Below are positions 60,615 to 64,000 of a DNA stretch of 64,000 nucleotides, one piece after another. Within the stretch, counting starts at the first letter, position 1. Every line of letters begins with the position of its first letter. Position numbers and translations under genes: made by a program. Below the pieces are notes generated by a model, which did no database searches, was not told the DNA's origin, and saw only the letters and a list, made by a program, of their open reading frames with translations. The DNA is from Flavobacterium sp. (lineage in GTDB: Bacteria; Bacteroidota; Bacteroidia; Flavobacteriales; Flavobacteriaceae): the NCBI RefSeq assembly GCF_021151785.1, contig NZ_JAGKWP010000001.1, forward strand, positions 337-64,336. The letters are read 5' to 3'.

Positions 60615-61739
60615 ATGAAAAATATATATGTTTTAGCACTTGTGCTTTTGTTTTTAGGTTGTCAGTCCAAAATAGAACCACAAACCGCTGGTAAGCAAGC
60701 GGATGAGAATCAAGTTACATTAACGAGTCAGCAATTAAAAAATGCCGATTTATCATTAGGGAATATTGAAGAACAAGCTCTTCAAAGTACTGTTAAAGTA
60801 AATGGGAAAATAACTTTATCTCCTGAGGCAGTAGCGAGTGTAAGTATGCCATTAGGAGGCTATGTGCAAGCAATTAAGGTAATGCCTGGGATGAAAGTTC
60901 AAAAAGGACAAGTATTGGCTGTTGTTGAAGATCAAGCTTTTGTTCAATTGCAACAAGATTATTTGACAACTAAACAACAATTGATTTTCGCAACCAAAGA
61001 TTATCAACGTCAAAAAGAACTCAATGCCTCACAAGCGAGTAGTGATAAAAGTTATCAATTAGCAGAGAGTGAATGGGCGAAACATAAAATCACACTCAAG
61101 GCTTTAGATGAAAAATTACGTTTAATACATATTAATCCAGCGACATTAACAGAAAATAGTATTTCTAAATCGGTTCGTATTTTGGCTCCCATTTCAGGTA
61201 TGGTTACCCAAGTTAATATAAATATAGGTAAATATATAACAGCTACTGATGCATTATTTCAATTAATGGATAACACTAGTATGTATGCACAATTACAAGT
61301 ATTTGATAAAGATGCTGCCCTTTTGCAAATAGGTCAGCCGGTAACGGTTTTTACTAATGCCCAACCTAATGTGAAGTATACTACAGCAGTTGCTTTTGTA
61401 AATAAAAATTTTGAAGCCCAATCAAATGCGATTGAAGTCTATGCAAAAATTAATAATCGTACTAATACATTGATTCCAGGAAATTATGTTAATGGCGTAA
61501 TTGAGTTAAATAATGCTCATGCTTTTGTAGTGCCAAATGATGCGGTTGTTCATTTTGAAGGTAAGGATTATGTTTTTATCCAAACAGCATCTTCGGTATT
61601 TGAAATGGTTGCAGTTCAAACAGGAATTGTTACAAAAGAGGTGATTGAAATTAGGAATTATGAAACTCTAATAGGAAAAAAAATAGTTATCAAAAATGCC
61701 TATACAGTTTTAATGGCTTTGAAAAACAAAGAAGAATAG
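60615..61739 (+). CDS. RND periplasmic adaptor (CusB/CzcB-like lipoprotein)
   Basis: Lipobox FLG-C; lipoyl-like halves VMPGMKVQKGQVL and APISGMV. Confidence 0.92.
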   Translation: MKNIYVLALVLLFLGCQSKIEPQTAGKQADENQVTLTSQQLKNADLSLGNIEEQALQSTVKVNGKITLSPEAVASVSMPLGGYVQAIKVMPGMKVQKGQVLAVVEDQAFVQLQQDYLTTKQQLIFATKDYQRQKELNASQASSDKSYQLAESEWAKHKITLKALDEKLRLIHINPATLTENSISKSVRILAPISGMVTQVNINIGKYITATDALFQLMDNTSMYAQLQVFDKDAALLQIGQPVTVFTNAQPNVKYTTAVAFVNKNFEAQSNAIEVYAKINNRTNTLIPGNYVNGVIELNNAHAFVVPNDAVVHFEGKDYVFIQTASSVFEMVAVQTGIVTKEVIEIRNYETLIGKKIVIKNAYTVLMALKNKEE

Positions 61740-61754
61740 AGAATAGATTTTTTT

Positions 61755-61796
61755 TGCACTGCCCCAAAAGTAAACACTATTTTTTGGGGCAGTCTA
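61755..61796. terminator. GC-rich palindrome between convergent genes (bidirectional terminator; resembles IS3-family end repeats)
   Basis: ACTGCCCCAAAA (61758-61769) / TTTTGGGGCAGT (61782-61793). Confidence 0.7.
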
Positions 61797-61811
61797 TTTA
61801 TAAAGCCTTTT

Positions 61812-63848
61812 TTAAATTTTGTAGCGTATTCCAAAGAATCCTCTTCTACCTTGATTAGGAGCATAGACATAACTAGGGTCAAAAGTTAAGGCATAAGGAT
61901 TGTTAGGTGTGGCTAATACATTTCCATTTGAGTCGTATTGTATATTTTGATCAAACGGGTCATTAGCTCGCGCAATAAGAAAAGGGGTGTTTTTATTTGG
62001 GGTCCAATTTAGAAGGTTTTTTATGCCACCATAGATTTCAAATCCCTCCCATTTTTTATAGCTTAATTGAATGTTTTGGATACTCCACCAAGGAGAATTT
62101 GGGCTTCTTGGGTCTAGTTGGCTCAATAAAGGCAAACGCATAGGACTGTAAGCATTGCCAGTATAATCTAAACTGATATACCAAGAAGGAATATCATAAC
62201 TCAATGTCCAATTAGCACTCCATTTTTCGGTAAGAATAGGTCGTGTTTTAATGCGATTTTCCATTTTGTAGCTCTCCATATAAGTGGTGCCAACTATTGC
62301 TTTTAATCCGAAACTAGATACGTAATCTAAATTTAAATTGATACCCTTAGTTGTGGCATATCCTTTTAGATTTTGGTAGAGAATGGAATTTGGGTTTGAG
62401 TCGTAATCTGGTAAGATTTGGTTGTAAAAATAGGTGTACCAAACTGAGGTTTCAAGAGAAAGTAAGGAATAATCTTCGAATCGAATTTTTTTCATAAAGT
62501 TTACATTGGCATTAATTGATTTTTCGGGTTTTAGATTTTCACTGATTTTTATTTCTCTAGAACCAGTTAAGGCAGCATGTTCTTCAGTAAATAAATTCAC
62601 CACACGAAAACCAGTTCCTGAATTGATGCGTATGCTATTGTTACTGTTCCATTTAAATCGATACGCTACTCGTGGGGTTTGGATCCAGCCGTGATTGTTG
62701 TTATAGTCTAATCGATAGGCAAGCATTAGCTTGTGTTTTGAATTTAATGCTATTTCATTTTGAAGAAAAATACTTCCTATTTGTAAGCGTTCTGCATCTC
62801 GTGTAGCAGGCGTGTTATCGTTGTAATATTGGTATCGATGAGCTAGTCCAATTAACAAGTCTTGATTTGAAAACACCTTGTTCCATGTTAATTGATTGAA
62901 ACTAATTCGTTGATTAGCTAAATAAAAAACATGACCATAAACTGAATTTTGTTCGTGATTAGTAAATGAAAAGGCAAAATTTATGTTTTCTTTAAAAGGT
63001 AAACTATATTTTGCAATAATTTCTTGTCTCTTAGTGTAAATACTTTCCCCATAAATTGCTGTGCCACCTCTATAAGATTTGTTCCATTGCATTTGTCCGC
63101 CCCATCTGTCTTCATAAAAAAATCGCCCTGCCAGAGTTAGCGTTTTACTACTTTTTCTAATGACATTCCATTTATTAAAAACAGAAATGCGTTCTTGTAA
63201 AGTTACATCGGTAAATCCATCATGATTGTTATCTTTAGGAGAATTATAGTTGAAATAATTTAGCCCAAGTAAGGATTGTGTTTTTTTGCCAACTTGAAAT
63301 TTATACCCTAAATCTAAGTTGTTTTCTAACCAAGAAGTAGTGAAGAAATCAGCTGATAAGAGAGGAGTGTTTTGGGGTGATTTGGTAATGATGTTTATCA
63401 ACCCTCCCACCGCTTCACTACCATACAATGTAGACGCAGGTCCTTTTATTACTTCAATTCGATCAATAAGCGCATTGGGAATCCCAGACAAACCATATAC
63501 AGTTGATAGTGCACTGACAATGGGCATCCCGTCGATTGTAACCATGGTATAAGGTCCTTCTAAACCATTGATGTGAATGTCGCCCGTATTGCAAATGTTA
63601 CAATTGAGTTGTGGACGAACCCCATTTATGTTTTGTAGTGCTTCAAACAAATTTGAAGTAGGATTCTTTCTTAAGAAGTTAGTTGTATAAATTTCAACTG
63701 GAACAGTTGTTTCGCTTCGTATTACAGGTTTTAATGTTCCAGAAATTACAATTTCATCTATGCCTTTGTCGTTTTTAGCAATGCTGTCTTTTTTTTGAGA
63801 CCAAGCAAAACTCGAAATCAAGATTGTAAAAATATATTTTTTAATCAT
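61812..63848 (-). CDS. TonB-dependent receptor, probably metal uptake
   Basis: Signal peptide, EIVISGT TonB-box-like, RIEVIKGPASTLYGSEAVGGLINIITK plug motif, C-terminal FFGIRYKI. Confidence 0.93.
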   Translation of the reverse strand: MIKKYIFTILISSFAWSQKKDSIAKNDKGIDEIVISGTLKPVIRSETTVPVEIYTTNFLRKNPTSNLFEALQNINGVRPQLNCNICNTGDIHINGLEGPYTMVTIDGMPIVSALSTVYGLSGIPNALIDRIEVIKGPASTLYGSEAVGGLINIITKSPQNTPLLSADFFTTSWLENNLDLGYKFQVGKKTQSLLGLNYFNYNSPKDNNHDGFTDVTLQERISVFNKWNVIRKSSKTLTLAGRFFYEDRWGGQMQWNKSYRGGTAIYGESIYTKRQEIIAKYSLPFKENINFAFSFTNHEQNSVYGHVFYLANQRISFNQLTWNKVFSNQDLLIGLAHRYQYYNDNTPATRDAERLQIGSIFLQNEIALNSKHKLMLAYRLDYNNNHGWIQTPRVAYRFKWNSNNSIRINSGTGFRVVNLFTEEHAALTGSREIKISENLKPEKSINANVNFMKKIRFEDYSLLSLETSVWYTYFYNQILPDYDSNPNSILYQNLKGYATTKGINLNLDYVSSFGLKAIVGTTYMESYKMENRIKTRPILTEKWSANWTLSYDIPSWYISLDYTGNAYSPMRLPLLSQLDPRSPNSPWWSIQNIQLSYKKWEGFEIYGGIKNLLNWTPNKNTPFLIARANDPFDQNIQYDSNGNVLATPNNPYALTFDPSYVYAPNQGRRGFFGIRYKI

Positions 63849-63849
63849 A

Positions 63850-63885
63850 AAAAATTAAATTTAGACAAAGCTAAAAATAATTTTT
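63850..63885 (-). promoter_or_regulatory. Palindromic operator (DtxR/MntR-like) overlapping the receptor's -7 element
   Basis: AAAAATTAAATTTAG-ACAAAG-CTAAAAATAATTTTT (13/15 IR); minus-strand TAGCTTTG at 63866-63873. Confidence 0.6.
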
Positions 63886-64000
63886 AAACATAATAATTTT
63901 GTTTGATAATTAAATAACAAATTTCTTTTTAGTTGATTTTGTTAAAAGAGATTAAGATGATTTGTTATGATCTGTAAAACAACGCTTATTAAAGACAATC

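Overview
AT-rich chromosome segment from a Bacteroidota bacterium, most likely Flavobacterium. Support: TAnnTTTG promoters, T9SS cargo proteins, signal peptides followed by Gln, and a single-chain glycyl-tRNA ligase. Most of the window (about 3.9-55.7 kb) is housekeeping: sdhCAB, glyQS, thiL, recX, frr, pyrH, truB, uppP, ftsX, leuS, hemD, pyrC, asnS, rpoN, tRNA-Ser, ansA, pckA and gdhA. Two parts stand out. (1) Positions 1-3715 are an integron-like gene-cassette array with no integrase in the window. Four unrelated single genes lie in the same orientation. Each of the three complete cassettes is bracketed by its own GTT...AAC inverted core pair (9-15 bp). The genes are separated either by one ~125-bp attC-like hairpin or by a repeated ~393-bp module (collapsed site, terminator, promoter, attI-like end). 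(2) Positions 55.8-63.9 kb are a metal-homeostasis locus. A small His-rich ORF ending in IWQPPK sits above an RNA hairpin that reaches the initiation region of a CusA/CzcA-TolC fusion gene, which resembles SecM/CruR-type ribosome-stalling control. The fusion has an internal signal-peptide-like linker, and a convergent TonB-dependent receptor has a DtxR/MntR-like operator. Smaller oddities are 7-nt-periodic intergenic hairpins, an AT-rich variable segment in leuS and a cargo-less T9SS CTD protein. All family assignments come from reading motifs by eye; no database search was run.
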